Notes: generated by a model from the letters alone, not told the origin. Shown: positions 36,496 to 48,770, numbered from the stretch's first letter. The stretch: DNA of 64,000 nucleotides from Pseudomonadota bacterium (GCA_021813805.1 JAKAJL010000009.1:27594-91593); one strand, 5' to 3'. A program made the numbers and translations.

Positions 36496-37164
36496 TTATT
36501 TTCCAAGATCGGCGGCGATCCGCGCGAAGATCGCGTCGAACATCTGCGGCGTGAGTACGCCGGTGTTGGTGTTGTAGCGCGAGCAATGGTAGGAATCGTA
36601 AAGCGCGAGACCGCGGCTTTCCCGGCGATGGCTTTCGATGAAATGCCTGGCTCCATGCGCGAAGGGGAAGGTTTTGGCCTTTACGCCGAGCAGGCGGATC
36701 GTGCTGTCATGCGCGATACGGCCGAGGCAGAGCAGGGCGCGCAGATTCGGCATGGCGGCGATTTCCTCGGCGAGAAAGGCCCGGCAGGCCCCGATCTCGG
36801 CGGTCGTCGGCTTGTTCTGCGGCGGAACGCAGCGCACCGCATTGGAAATGCGGCACTGGCGCAGGCGCAAGCCGTCGTCGGCGCGCTCGCCATAGTTTCC
36901 CTGTGCAAAACCGAAGCGCAACAAGGCGGGGTAGAGCATGTCGCCGGCCCAGTCGCCGGTGAAGGGGCGCCCGGTGCGGTTGGCCCCATGCAGACCGGGC
37001 GCGAGACCGACGATCAGCAATTCGGCGTCGAGCGCGCCGAAGGCGGGGACGGGCGCGTTGAACCCTTGGGGAAGGGCGCGGCGGTTTTCGTGGCGGAACT
37101 TTTCTAGACGCGGGCAAAGGGCGCACTCCCGCCCCGGTTCGGAAAAGGAAAGAGGCGCCGCCAT
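36496..37164 (-). CDS. uracil-DNA glycosylase, family 4/5 (UdgB-like)
   Basis: CALCPRL...LLIVGLAPGLHGANRTGRPFTGD...AVRCVPP...SYHCSRYNTNTG. ATG 37164 was chosen. The track extension to 37581 is antisense to the NYN gene. Confidence 0.85.
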   Translation of the reverse strand: MAAPLSFSEPGRECALCPRLEKFRHENRRALPQGFNAPVPAFGALDAELLIVGLAPGLHGANRTGRPFTGDWAGDMLYPALLRFGFAQGNYGERADDGLRLRQCRISNAVRCVPPQNKPTTAEIGACRAFLAEEIAAMPNLRALLCLGRIAHDSTIRLLGVKAKTFPFAHGARHFIESHRRESRGLALYDSYHCSRYNTNTGVLTPQMFDAIFARIAADLGK

Positions 37165-37213
37165 GATCAATGGCGCGCCTCCCTGCATTTCTGGATTCGC
37201 GATGAGAAGCGAA

Positions 37214-37831
37214 TCACTCCTCATCCGCCGTGTGATGGTCCTGCGGGGCGGGGGCGGGGGCGACGGGACGGCGTTCCTGGAAACGCTGCATGCGCTCCGT
37301 GCGCTCGGCCGGATCGCGGCCGATCTTGTTGGCCAGATGCACGAGGTCGACAAATTCATCGGCCTGGCGGCGCAACTCGTCTGCGACCATCGGCGGCTGG
37401 GTGGTGATGGTCGAGAGGACCGAAACCCGCACGCCCTTGCGCTGGACGGCCTCGACCAGCGACCGGAAATCTCCGTCGCCCGAGAACAGCACCATGTGGT
37501 CGATGTGGTCGGCCATTTCCATGGCGTCCACGGCCAATTCGATGTCCATGTTGCCCTTGACCTTGCGCCGGCCCAGAGCATCGACGAATTCCTTGGCCGG
37601 CTTGGTGACGACGGCGTAGCCGTTATAATCGAGCCAGTCGATCAGGGGACGGATGGAGGAATATTCCTGATCCTCGACCAGGGCGGTATAGTAAAAGGCG
37701 CGAAGCAGCCGCCCCTTGGATTGAAACTCCTTCAGGAGCCGTTTGTAGTCGATGTCGAAGCCAAGCGATTTCGCGGTTGCGTAAAGGTTTGCTCCGTCAA
37801 TGAATAATGCGATTCTTTCCGGATCGGCCAT
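37214..37831 (-). CDS. NYN-domain (LabA/DUF88-like) protein, predicted RNase fold
   Basis: IALFIDGANLY...KGNMDIELAVDAME...MVLFSGDGDFRSLVEAVQRKGVRVSV. Confidence 0.85.
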   Translation of the reverse strand: MADPERIALFIDGANLYATAKSLGFDIDYKRLLKEFQSKGRLLRAFYYTALVEDQEYSSIRPLIDWLDYNGYAVVTKPAKEFVDALGRRKVKGNMDIELAVDAMEMADHIDHMVLFSGDGDFRSLVEAVQRKGVRVSVLSTITTQPPMVADELRRQADEFVDLVHLANKIGRDPAERTERMQRFQERRPVAPAPAPQDHHTADEE

Positions 37832-38787
37832 TATGGAATTCCACTTCCAGTCTTAGTGCGGGCGAAAATCGACCTATCGTCGGTTCAGATACAAACTTTG
37901 ATCTAGCTCAAATTTTAGGAAAAGCAAGACAGGCTTTCCTAACATAAGTGCGTCGAATTCATGGCGCCAGTTGACATTTATTAAAATCCACGCCGGATCC
38001 CTCGCTCGCAATCCGTCGTCGCTGACGGCGACGTCATAGTGTAACCTATTGACTGTGCACGACTTTGTCCAGCCATCGTGGCCACCATTTTGGCGAAAAG
38101 CCGGGCGGCGACGAAACGTGTCATTCAAACATTCAGCGATCAAGTGAGGTTTGGCATTGGCCTTTTTGCCAAGTGGGAGTCCGACGTCATATAAACGCGC
38201 GGCAGGCGCGGTCGGGAAAAGGCTTCGGCATCAAATGCCGAGTAAGAAGCGACGCTGCGAACAGTCGCAGACGGCGAACGCGCCAGCGGACGGGGGCTTC
38301 GACAAATCGGACGCCACGAGAAATCGCAAAAACGCAAGCCTGCAATTTCAACGCCGCCAATTTGGACGTCGGGCGGCGCCCGAACGTGATGCTCGAGACG
38401 CGATCTTTCGACTTCCGTGACGCCATCGCCGCATCGTGGGCCCGCTCGCGCCGAGGAGCTTCATTTTCCGCGGCGGGCAGCTCCGCGTTTCGTTCGGCGC
38501 AATCCAGCCGGCGGCTGTCCGGCGCCGACGAAAACATGACCGATGAAAATCGCTGGGGCGCCCAAGACTCCCGATTGCCGAAACTGGGACGGAGGACGCC
38601 AGTTACGGTTTGCAGTGGGGCGCGGGGCGACGGCGCCTGCAGAGACAATTCGCATAATCAATATTATGGAACTTTTAAATCAGCGCGGTCAAACAATCTG
38701 TTGGCGTCCGTATCGCCCCTAACGCTTGATGTGTTCGCCGCAGGTCCCGCGCCAGCAGCCGTCTCAAAAGCCGGCGACCGAGCCCGG

Positions 38788-39984
38788 TCATTGCGCCGCG
38801 CGGGCGATGATCACGATCGGCGCCGCGACCGCCGCGATCGGCAGCGAAAGGACGGTCTTGACCACGCCAGGCGTCGCTTCCAGCGGCGCGTTGGCCGCCT
38901 GTTCAATCGGCGTCGTTCCTTCCGTATGAACGCCTTGCGCCAGCACCTCCTTGAGCTGAGGCGCGATCGCCGCGATCTCCGCGAATTTGTCGTGATTGAG
39001 CGGACCTTCGCCCTTCACATGGCTCAGGTCGACGACGATGGCGTTATATTGGGTCAGGTCCGCCGCGTTCTTGTAGTCGCCAAGCCTTGCCTTGTCGCCG
39101 GCGATAAAGGTGGACAAGGCCAAGGCGCGGTCGTCGCGCGACAGAACGATCAGGAACGGCTGTTTCGGCTTGCCGATCCGCGCCATCTGCGAGCGAAACA
39201 CATCGACGTCGATGTCCGGCGAAGCGAGAATGATCATGCCCAGTTTCTGGCTGTAGCCATGAAGCTCCCTGGTCATGGCGATGTTGCGGAAGGCTTCCAC
39301 GGTCACCCAATTACCCATGGAATGAGCGATGAGACTGATCTTTTCCGCCTTGCTTCGGGCGAGAAGCACAATCAGGCGCTCGAGTTGGTCGCGGGCGATG
39401 GTGGCGCTGTTCTGGTCATAGACATAGCCGGACAGTTCGCCGCGCGACGCCCAGCTGAAATAGACCGGCACGGCCGCCGATTTCGAATCCTGGACGACCT
39501 GGGCCATGCGGTAAAGGCCCTCCGGGAACTTGGTATTGTATCCGTGGACGAAGAGCAGGACGTTGCGCTTGCCCGGCGGCCGTTGCGCGAGTTGCTGGTC
39601 GAGCGCGGCGACAAAGGCCTTTTCACCATCCAGATAGTCCGCCTCACGGGTGACGAAATCGGTCGCCGGATTGCCCGGACGTTGCGATGGCCACTCGATA
39701 TTTCCGGCGACATGGACCGGCGGGACGCTGACCACGGCTTCGGCGAACTGGAGGTCGTGACTGCGCTCGCCGCTGAACATGGCGCCGGGATCGGCTGAGC
39801 GTTTCCGCGTCGTCGCGATCAGAATGGTGTGGCTGGCGGCGCCGGGAGCGCTCGCCGTCACCGGCGGATACATCGGGTCGGCGCCGGGGCGGGCGCAGGC
39901 CGCGAGCAGGCCGGGCAGGACCAGGACCAAAAAAATCGCGCGCGCCCGGCGCCGGAAATCCGACTCCAGCGCCTTTCCGGGCAT
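38788..39984 (-). CDS. alpha/beta hydrolase of the DUF900 type, predicted lipoprotein
   Basis: From ATG 39984 the sequence is MPGKALESDFRRRARAIFLVLVLPGLLAAC (lipobox-like). The hydrolase core reads NVLLFVHGYNT...LIAHSMGNWV. The track ORF up to 40473 has an implausible Arg-rich head. Confidence 0.75.
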   Translation of the reverse strand: MPGKALESDFRRRARAIFLVLVLPGLLAACARPGADPMYPPVTASAPGAASHTILIATTRKRSADPGAMFSGERSHDLQFAEAVVSVPPVHVAGNIEWPSQRPGNPATDFVTREADYLDGEKAFVAALDQQLAQRPPGKRNVLLFVHGYNTKFPEGLYRMAQVVQDSKSAAVPVYFSWASRGELSGYVYDQNSATIARDQLERLIVLLARSKAEKISLIAHSMGNWVTVEAFRNIAMTRELHGYSQKLGMIILASPDIDVDVFRSQMARIGKPKQPFLIVLSRDDRALALSTFIAGDKARLGDYKNAADLTQYNAIVVDLSHVKGEGPLNHDKFAEIAAIAPQLKEVLAQGVHTEGTTPIEQAANAPLEATPGVVKTVLSLPIAAVAAPIVIIARAAQ

Positions 39985-40471
39985 GAACGAAGCTGGATGC
40001 AAAAAGATTTCTCTCACGAATTCCTGGGCCCCTGCCCCGATCGCGCTTCCGTCACGGACGAATGGAGCGCCGCAGGCTATACGAAACGCGTCGTCTCGGC
40101 CATCGCGGGCGTCCCCGGAAAGCTCGCCGGAAAGTTCCCGGAGGGGAAGAAATCGCGCGCGAGCGGGACAATTCCGTTCAGGCCGAATGGGCGCGGTTGT
40201 GGACGTTGTTCTCCGCCGCCAAAGGCTACGAGGTTGATAGAACGATTGAATATTTTGCTCCGGCTGAACGCGCGGGGCCAGTTTGCGGGGCGCGCGCGGG
40301 CGGCTGTTGCAGCGGCGCCGCACCCGCGGCTTATTTTTTGGATCGGCGACAAGGCGCGGACGGCCGTCGTGGCCTCGAAGGGCGCCATTACGGCGAAAAA
40401 CGAAAAACCCGATGATCTTTACCGGAGCTGTTCTATGATCGCCGCGCAGAATCCCCTCGAACAGGCGCCAC

Positions 40472-41671
40472 ATGACCTCGAAAAAAGCCGAATATGGTTT
40501 CGCGACCCGGGCGATCCACCACGGGTATAACCCGCTCGATTATCATGGCGCGCTAAATCCGCCGGTCTTCCTGACTTCGACCTACGCCTTCGCCAGCGCG
40601 CAAGCTGGCAGCGACATTTTCGCCGGCGAGGCCCAAGGCTATGTTTACAGCCGTGTCGGCAATCCCACAGTCAGCGTGCTGGAAGCGCGGCTGGCCGAAC
40701 TGGAAGGCGGCGAAGCGGCGCTGGCGACCTCCTCCGGCGTCGGCGCCCTGACGGCGGTCATCTGGACCCTGCTCAAATCCGGCGACGAGATCGTGGCGGA
40801 CCAGATGCTCTATGGCTGCACATTCGGCCTGCTGGAGCATCATATACGGCGTTTCGGCGTCGAAACCCGTTTCGCCGACCTGACCGAGCCCGCCAATCTG
40901 AAAAAGGCGCTCGGACCGAAGACCCGGATGGTGTTCACCGAAACGCCGTCCAATCCCAACATGCGGATCGTGGACATCGCGGCGATAGCCGAAATCTGCC
41001 GCAAGGCCGGCGTCCCGTTCGTCGTGGACAACACCTATTGCACCCCCTATCTCCAGCGGCCCTTGGCTCTGGGCGCCGACATCGTGACCCATTCGGCGAC
41101 CAAATATCTCGGCGGCCATGGCGACCTGATCGCGGGCGCGGTGGTGGCCAGCAAGGAGATGATCAACCAGTTCCGCTTCGCCGGCGTCAAGGAGCTGAAC
41201 GGCGCCTGCATCTCCGCTTTCGACGCCTTCCTGATCCTGCGCGGTCTCAAAACCCTGTCCTTGCGCATGGAGCGCCACTCGGCCACCGCCGAAAAGCTCG
41301 CCCGCGATCTGGAGGCCCATCCCGCCGTCGAGCATGTCTATTATCCCGGCCTCGACAGCCATCCGCAGAAGCAGGTCGCGCGGCGTCAGATGAAGCTGAT
41401 GGGGGGAATGATCGCGCTGGAGTTGCGTGGCGGGCTCGACGCGGGCCGAGCCTTCATGGACGGCGTCGAACTGGCGACCCGTGCGGTGAGCCTCGGCGAC
41501 GCCGAAACGCTCATCCAGCATCCCGCCAGCATGACCCACGTGACTTACACCCCTGACGAGCGCGCCCGCCACGGCTTTACGGATGGACTGATCCGGATTT
41601 CCGTCGGGCTGGAGGATTACGAGGACCTACGCGCCGACCTGATCGGCGCGCTGGACAGGATGGGGCGTTAG
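40472..41671 (+). CDS. Cys/Met-metabolism PLP-dependent enzyme, most like methionine gamma-lyase / O-acylhomoserine sulfhydrylase
   Basis: GFATRAIHHG...PPVFLTSTYAF...GYVYSRVGNPT...HSATKYLGGHGD (PLP Lys)...IRISVGLED. Confidence 0.85.
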   Translation: MTSKKAEYGFATRAIHHGYNPLDYHGALNPPVFLTSTYAFASAQAGSDIFAGEAQGYVYSRVGNPTVSVLEARLAELEGGEAALATSSGVGALTAVIWTLLKSGDEIVADQMLYGCTFGLLEHHIRRFGVETRFADLTEPANLKKALGPKTRMVFTETPSNPNMRIVDIAAIAEICRKAGVPFVVDNTYCTPYLQRPLALGADIVTHSATKYLGGHGDLIAGAVVASKEMINQFRFAGVKELNGACISAFDAFLILRGLKTLSLRMERHSATAEKLARDLEAHPAVEHVYYPGLDSHPQKQVARRQMKLMGGMIALELRGGLDAGRAFMDGVELATRAVSLGDAETLIQHPASMTHVTYTPDERARHGFTDGLIRISVGLEDYEDLRADLIGALDRMGR

Positions 41672-41733
41672 AAAGAGCGGAACCGGGCGCCACGCCTGGG
41701 CGTTGGCGCTGCAAATCCAACCCAGAGGGACAG

Positions 41734-42120
41734 ATGACCTATTACACCGCGACCAAAATCGAAAAGCCGCTGGCTGAGTCCATCGCGCATGTGGAAGCCG
41801 CGCTGAAGGAGGAAGGCTTCGGGGTGCTGACCCGCATCGACGTCGCCGCAACGCTGAAAGAAAAGATCGGCGCCGAGCTGCGGCCCTATGTGATCCTCGG
41901 CGCCTGCAACCCGAAACTGGCCTTCGAGGCGATCAAGCGCGAAGACAAGGTCGGGACCATGCTGCCCTGCAATGTCATCGTGCAGGAAATCGCGCCCGGG
42001 CGAAGCGAAGTCGCGGCGATCGATCCGGTGGCCTCGATGCAGGCGATTGACAACGCCGAACTCCTGGCGATCGCCGGCGAGGTGCGCGAAAAACTGCGGC
42101 GGGTGATCGAGCGGCTTTGA
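41734..42120 (+). CDS. DUF302-domain protein
   Basis: ...VEAALKEEGFGVLTRIDVAATLKEKIG...YVILGACNP...MLPCNVIV matches the DUF302 pattern as I recall it. Confidence 0.8.
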   Translation: MTYYTATKIEKPLAESIAHVEAALKEEGFGVLTRIDVAATLKEKIGAELRPYVILGACNPKLAFEAIKREDKVGTMLPCNVIVQEIAPGRSEVAAIDPVASMQAIDNAELLAIAGEVREKLRRVIERL

Positions 42121-42130
42121 GGCGGCGCCG

Positions 42131-42583
42131 TCAGGACAGCGCGGTCGCGGCGTCGGGCGAGACGGTCGTGACGCCGAAGGCAGCGAAATGTTCGGGGGTG
42201 CGGGTGACGATGACGAGATCGTGGCTGTCGGCGACGCCGGCCACCAGGGCGTCCGCCATTCCGGGCGCGTGGCCCGCCGCGATCGCCTTGGCCTCGAGGC
42301 GGGCCGCGCGCGCCGCCGCCGTGGCGTCGAGGGCGATGATCCTGTCGTCATAAGCGGCGACCAGCCCGGCGAGCCAGCCGGTGAGGGCGGCGGATTTTTC
42401 CAGTTCGTCCTTATGCTCGAACGCCGCGATGGTTCTTACGATCTCGTGGACCATGACGACCGACAGAAACAGCCTGCCCTCGCGGTCGCGGCGCTCAAGC
42501 CAGTCGAGAAAGGCCGGCGAGGCTTCCGGCTCGACCGGCGAAAGCATGGCGACGACATTGGCGTCGAGCAGGAACCCGCTCAC
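42131..42583 (-). CDS. vapC: PIN-domain toxin (VapC-type, type II toxin-antitoxin)
   Basis: MSGFLLDANVV (first acidic residue), ...HEI..., ...ADALVAG..., ...VTRTPEHF. A 4-nt overlap links it to the upstream antitoxin gene. Confidence 0.8.
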   Translation of the reverse strand: MSGFLLDANVVAMLSPVEPEASPAFLDWLERRDREGRLFLSVVMVHEIVRTIAAFEHKDELEKSAALTGWLAGLVAAYDDRIIALDATAAARAARLEAKAIAAGHAPGMADALVAGVADSHDLVIVTRTPEHFAAFGVTTVSPDAATALS

Positions 42584-42840
42584 GGGCGGACATCCCGCGA
42601 GGGCGTTTCATCGCGCCCGGAATCCTCCCCGGGAAAGCTCTTGAGATAGTTGAAAAAGCTAGGCCGTTTGCGCTCCATCGCCTTGCGCGCCAGTTCCGCC
42701 GCCTCAAGCGGCACGAGCGCGGCGACGGGTTTGCCATGCCGGGTGATGGTGACAAACTGGCCCTTGATCGCCTGATCGACGAAGCCGGAAAAACCGGCCT
42801 TGACGTCCTTGAGATTCACAGTCGGCATTTTACGCATCAC
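42580..42840 (-). CDS. Phd/YefM-type antitoxin
   Basis: PTVNLKDVKAGFSGFVDQAIKGQFVTITRHGKPVAALVPLE is a typical Phd/YefM N-terminal domain. The true start may be an internal Met. Confidence 0.75.
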   Translation of the reverse strand: MMRKMPTVNLKDVKAGFSGFVDQAIKGQFVTITRHGKPVAALVPLEAAELARKAMERKRPSFFNYLKSFPGEDSGRDETPSRDVRP

Positions 42841-43258
42841 TGAACATGGTCACTGGTGACCACACCATAGCCCGGCCGGATCAAATGTCCAATCGCCCTG
42901 CTCCCATCCAATTGGTTTCGATGGCTTGGAAAGACGACGAGCTCTTCAATCGTGACCCATGGGCGCCTGATCTGAAATTTTGCGGCCCAGAACCGAGGTC
43001 GAAAGCCGGCGGCGATCCATGATTGAATTTGCCCGCGGCCGCATCGTAGATTCGCCCCCGCTGGTGGCGCAACGACAGGGTCTTCGACCTTATTTTGGAC
43101 CGCCTGGAAGGGCTTGCAGATGCTGAATTCGAGGGTCCGGTCGAATCTGGAAGTATCGCCGTTCTGCGCGTCGAAAGCAGCGGCGCCGTCGCAGTCGGGA
43201 GTCCGGCCAGCGCCGCTGCCCAGCGGTTTCGGGCCGCTCGAACTGGGCATTTCGGATC

Positions 43259-43312
43259 ATGTCGCCATAACGCCCCATGTCACCGTGACGCCCTATGTCA
43301 CCGTGACGCCGG
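43259..43312. repeat. three tandem 18-nt units (ATGTCGCCATAACGCCCC / ATGTCACCGTGACGCCCT / ATGTCACCGTGACGCCGG)
   Basis: Read directly. The array ends 68 nt upstream of the CaCA transporter start. Confidence 0.85.
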
Positions 43313-43379
43313 GCTTGACGCCGCTCGTCGTCACGCTTGGCGCAATGGCCATCGCGGATTTGCGGCGGCCGAGCGCGCA

Positions 43380-44390
43380 ATGATGGCGGCGCTGCTGCCT
43401 TGGTCGCAGTTCACGATTTGCGTCGCGATGATCGGCTTCGCGGGTCCCGCCTTGACCCGCTATGGCGATATTATCGCCCGCCTGACCGGATTGTCGCGCT
43501 CGTGGATCGGCCTTGTACTGATCGCCACCGCCACTTCCCTGCCCGAGCTGTTCACGGGCGTCAGCGCCGTAACCGTTGCGGATGCGCCCAACATCGCTGT
43601 CGGCGACGCGCTCGGCAGCACTGTGTTCAATCTCGTGATGCTGGTGCTGCTCGATGAGCTGAGCCGCGAGCAGCCGCTCTATCGCCGCATCGACCAGGGG
43701 CATATCCTCACCGCGGGTTTCGGCGTGATCCTCATCGGCGCGGTCGGCGCCTTTCTGCTTCTCAGCCAGAGCGGGCTCGCCTTTCAAATCCTCCATATCA
43801 GCGGCTATACGCCGTTCATCCTCGTGATCTATTTCGTCGCGATGCGCGCCGCCTTTGTCTATGAGCGGCGCGTCCAGCCGCCGCCGGACGTGGCCGAAAT
43901 CAAGAGCGGCGTTTCATTGCGCGGCGCCGTGCTGCGCTATGCCGCCGCAGCGAGCGTGGTGGTGGTCGCCGGTTCCTGGTTGCCCTTTGTCGGGCGCGAC
44001 ATCGCCGAGTCAATGGGCTGGAAGACGACCTTCGTCGGCACGCTCTTGATCGCCGGCGCCACGTCGGTTCCGGAGTTCGTGGTGAGCATGAGCGCGCTGC
44101 GGCTCGGCGCCGTGGACATGGCGATCGGAAATCTGCTCGGTAGCAATCTATTCGACATCCTGATTTTGGCCGTCGACGATCTTGCCTATCCCAAGGGCCC
44201 GCTCCTCGCCGTGGTGTCGCCCTCGCACGCGGTCACCGCCTTCGGCGCCTCGATCATGTCGGGGATTTTTATTGTCGCCATGCTCTTCAAGCCCGAGACG
44301 CGCCTGGGCGGGGCAATTGGCTGGGTCAGCCTTTCGCTGCTCGTCATCTATCTGTTCAGCGCCTACGCCGTGTTCCTGCTCGGCCACTGA
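43380..44390 (+). CDS. Ca2+/cation antiporter (CaCA, YrbG-like) membrane protein
   Basis: Two alpha-repeat motifs are present: GDALGSTVFNL and GNLLGSNLFDIL. There are about 10 hydrophobic helices. ATG 43380 was chosen; the track ORF from 43095 covers the repeat region. Confidence 0.8.
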   Translation: MMAALLPWSQFTICVAMIGFAGPALTRYGDIIARLTGLSRSWIGLVLIATATSLPELFTGVSAVTVADAPNIAVGDALGSTVFNLVMLVLLDELSREQPLYRRIDQGHILTAGFGVILIGAVGAFLLLSQSGLAFQILHISGYTPFILVIYFVAMRAAFVYERRVQPPPDVAEIKSGVSLRGAVLRYAAAASVVVVAGSWLPFVGRDIAESMGWKTTFVGTLLIAGATSVPEFVVSMSALRLGAVDMAIGNLLGSNLFDILILAVDDLAYPKGPLLAVVSPSHAVTAFGASIMSGIFIVAMLFKPETRLGGAIGWVSLSLLVIYLFSAYAVFLLGH

Positions 44391-44529
44391 TCGAGGTCAT
44401 CGAGAGACGAATGTTCGGATTTGTGCGGCGAATGCCCAGAAGAATCGCCGGCTCCTATCGACATCTGTCGACACGCATCGGTTTTTCGTTTTACGCTCTG
44501 CCCTCACAGAGAGGCCGGCGGCGTCTTCC

Positions 44530-46122
<1,593 letters not shown>

Positions 46123-46494
46123 GGCGCAATCCCGTCGGTTGGCTTCGATTAAGCCAAGGTTTGGGGGCAGGCAAGGCGCCGAACGCGCCGCGCCCTTCTC
46201 CTGGCGCCATTACGCACGGAAATTTTTTGAAATTTCCGGTTTTGGGCTGATGACAAGCGAAATAGCTTCGACTAACGTACGCCCGTGCTCGAAAACGGGC
46301 GCCCGGGCTCCAAAGAGCCGGTGCTTGCTGTCCAAGTCGTGGGAGGACGTTTCGCAGCGATCATGCGTCGGCGAGGGCGTACGGCCCCAGCCGCTCGATG
46401 CGAAACAGGACAAGGTAAGGCGGAGCGGAAAGACTTGACCGTCTTTCCGCTCATTCATTTTCGACATCGTTGATTTTCTTGACATCATCGATTT

Positions 46495-47628
46495 TCAAGA
46501 CGTCCCAGGCTCGCCGCAGCGCTCCCAATCCGCCTTGACCTGGTGCCGGTACTCCTCGAAGCGTCTTTCGGCGATCGATGCGCGGGCGCCGGCCATCAGC
46601 TCCTGATAATAAGCGAGATTGACCCAGGTCAGCAGCATCATGCCTAAAATTTCCTGGCAGCGCACGAGGTGGTGCAGATAGGCGCGGGAATAATCCCGCG
46701 CCGCCGGGCAGGAGGAATGAGGATCGAGCGGGCGCTGATCCTCGGCGTTTCGTGCGTTGCGCAGATTGATCTTGCCCCAGCGCGTGTAGGCGAGGCCGTG
46801 GCGCCCGGCGCGGGTGGGCATGACGCAATCGAACATGTCGATCCCCCGCGCGACGGATTCGATCAGATCGTCGGGTGATCCGACGCCCATCAGATAATGC
46901 GGCTTGTCCTCCGGCAGATGCGGCATGACCGTCTCGATCATCGCCAGCATCACCGCCTGCGGCTCGCCGACCGCGAGGCCGCCGACCGCGATCCCTTGAA
47001 AATCCATATCCGCGAGAGCCCGCGCGCTTTCGACGCGCAGGGCCGGCTCCGCCCCGCCCTGGACGATGCCGAAACAGGCGCGGCCCGGCTGCTCACCGAA
47101 GGCCTTGCGCGAGCGTTCCGCCCAGCGAAGCGACAGGCGCATGGCGCGCTCGGCTTCTTCCGCCGAACAGGGAAGTTTGACGCATTCGTCGAATTGCATC
47201 TGGATGTCGGAGCCGAGCAGTCGCTGGATTTCCATTGAGCGCTCGGGGGTCAGCACATGGCGGGCGCCGTCGATATGGGACTGGAAGGTGACGCCGTTTT
47301 CGTCGAGCTTGCGCAGTTTGGCAAGCGACATGACCTGAAAGCCGCCGCTGTCCGTGAGGATCGGATACGGCCAATTCATGAACCTGTGCAGCCCGCCGAG
47401 CGCGGCGACACGCTCGGCGCCGGGCCGCAGCATCAGATGATAGGTATTGCCGAGCACGATGTCGGCGCCAAGCGCGCGCACCTGATCGGGGTACATCGCC
47501 TTGACCGTCGCGGCGGTGCCGACTGGCATGAAGGCGGGTGTGCGTATATTGCCTCGGGGCGTCGCGATTTCGCCGAGACGCGCGCCGCCGTCGCGGGCGA
47601 TGAGCCGGTAGCTGAAATTCTCTGTCAT
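46495..47628 (-). CDS. tgt: tRNA-guanine transglycosylase (queuine tRNA-ribosyltransferase)
   Basis: From ATG 47628: ...[24 protein letters not shown]...[12 protein letters not shown]...[10 protein letters not shown]...FDCVMPTR. 377 aa. Confidence 0.95.
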   Translation of the reverse strand: MTENFSYRLIARDGGARLGEIATPRGNIRTPAFMPVGTAATVKAMYPDQVRALGADIVLGNTYHLMLRPGAERVAALGGLHRFMNWPYPILTDSGGFQVMSLAKLRKLDENGVTFQSHIDGARHVLTPERSMEIQRLLGSDIQMQFDECVKLPCSAEEAERAMRLSLRWAERSRKAFGEQPGRACFGIVQGGAEPALRVESARALADMDFQGIAVGGLAVGEPQAVMLAMIETVMPHLPEDKPHYLMGVGSPDDLIESVARGIDMFDCVMPTRAGRHGLAYTRWGKINLRNARNAEDQRPLDPHSSCPAARDYSRAYLHHLVRCQEILGMMLLTWVNLAYYQELMAGARASIAERRFEEYRHQVKADWERCGEPGTS

Positions 47629-47657
47629 CGGTTTCCCAGGCGGCGGCCAAATATTTC

Positions 47658-48770
47658 TCAGGCCGCCGCGCGCGCCGCTTCCGCCAGACGCGAAAAGACG
47701 ACGACCACGAAAGCCCTTTTGTCGAGATTGTATATTTCCAGTTCGCGCGCCTCGCGTTCCAGAAACTCCCATGCGTCGGCATAGGGCGCCACCGCGCGCG
47801 GGCCAAGCCCCTTGTTCTTGTGCAGATTGTCGCTCAGCCAACCATAGAGCGCGCGCAGAAAAGCGTCGAACTCGCTCGCGGCCTCGCGCGCCGCGATCGC
47901 CTCGCCGATGCGCTGGGCGAGGAGCCAGTCCACATCCGGGAGCCGCGCCAGGATTTTCCGGGTCATGCCGTCCACGGGGCTCTCCCCGGCCAGGATCAGC
48001 CGCAAGGCCTCGCGCGCCGACCCTTCCGCGCGGGCGCAGGCGCGCGCCAGATCGGCTTCCGCGACCGCTTCGCCCGCGGCGTCCAGCGCCGCGCCCACGG
48101 CGGAACGCAGCGCGGGCTCGTCGAGCTGCTCGAGCGCCAGCAGCCGGCACCGCGAGCGGATGGTGGGGAGAATGCGGCCGGGATGATGCGCGACCAGGAA
48201 AAACAGGCTGCGCGGCGGCGGCTCCTCGATCAGCTTGAGCAGGGCGTTGGCGCTGTTCACATTGAGATCGTCGGCGCTGTCGACGATGGCCATGCGCCAG
48301 CCGCCCTCGCCCGCCGATTGTTCGAACAGGTGAAGCACGGCGCGCACGTCGTCAACCGTAATGCGCGTCCAATGTTTTTTGGTCTTCTCGTTCCATTCGC
48401 GCCGCAGCAGGGCCAGGTCGCCGAAGGACATGGCCGCAATCCGGCGCGCCGCCGGGTTGTTCGGATCGACCGCAAGATTTTCCGCGCGCTGCACGGCCGG
48501 CAGGCGTGGGTCGGGATTGGCCGCGATGAAGCGCGCCATGCGCCAGGCCAGCGTCGCCTTGCCGATTCCCTGCGGGCCGCCGACGATCCAGGCCTGCGGC
48601 ATGCGCCCGTTGCGAAAGGCGTCGAGCAATTCGCGCTCGGCCTTGTCGTGACCGAACAGACTATTGGTGTCGCGCGGATGAGGCGCCGGTTCGAAACGAT
48701 CGCTTTCCGGCGGCAGGTCCTCCCAGTCGCTTACGCCCATTGCTTCTCGCCCAAAGCCGGAAGCGGCCAT
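47658..48770 (-). CDS. holB: DNA polymerase III delta' subunit
   Basis: [44 protein letters not shown]... It sits downstream of tmk, as is common. The start may be ATG 48740. Confidence 0.85.
   Translation of the reverse strand: MAASGFGREAMGVSDWEDLPPESDRFEPAPHPRDTNSLFGHDKAERELLDAFRNGRMPQAWIVGGPQGIGKATLAWRMARFIAANPDPRLPAVQRAENLAVDPNNPAARRIAAMSFGDLALLRREWNEKTKKHWTRITVDDVRAVLHLFEQSAGEGGWRMAIVDSADDLNVNSANALLKLIEEPPPRSLFFLVAHHPGRILPTIRSRCRLLALEQLDEPALRSAVGAALDAAGEAVAEADLARACARAEGSAREALRLILAGESPVDGMTRKILARLPDVDWLLAQRIGEAIAAREAASEFDAFLRALYGWLSDNLHKNKGLGPRAVAPYADAWEFLEREARELEIYNLDKRAFVVVVFSRLAEAARAAA

Noticed and set aside
42837-43250. 137-aa minus-strand ORF between the antitoxin gene and the CaCA gene
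   Set aside because: It has no recognisable motif, a mixed composition and no convincing start or RBS. It could be a remnant or a real orphan, but I cannot support a call.
46495-48150. N-terminal over-extensions of track ORFs: tgt to 48150, UDG to 37581, eno to 54786, NUDIX to 59374, dikinase-like to 24356, DUF900 to 40473, queE from 29043 and CaCA from 43095
   Set aside because: The extensions are Arg/Pro/Gly-rich and overlap the neighbouring gene. Conserved family N-termini begin at internal ATG/TTG codons, and those were used instead.
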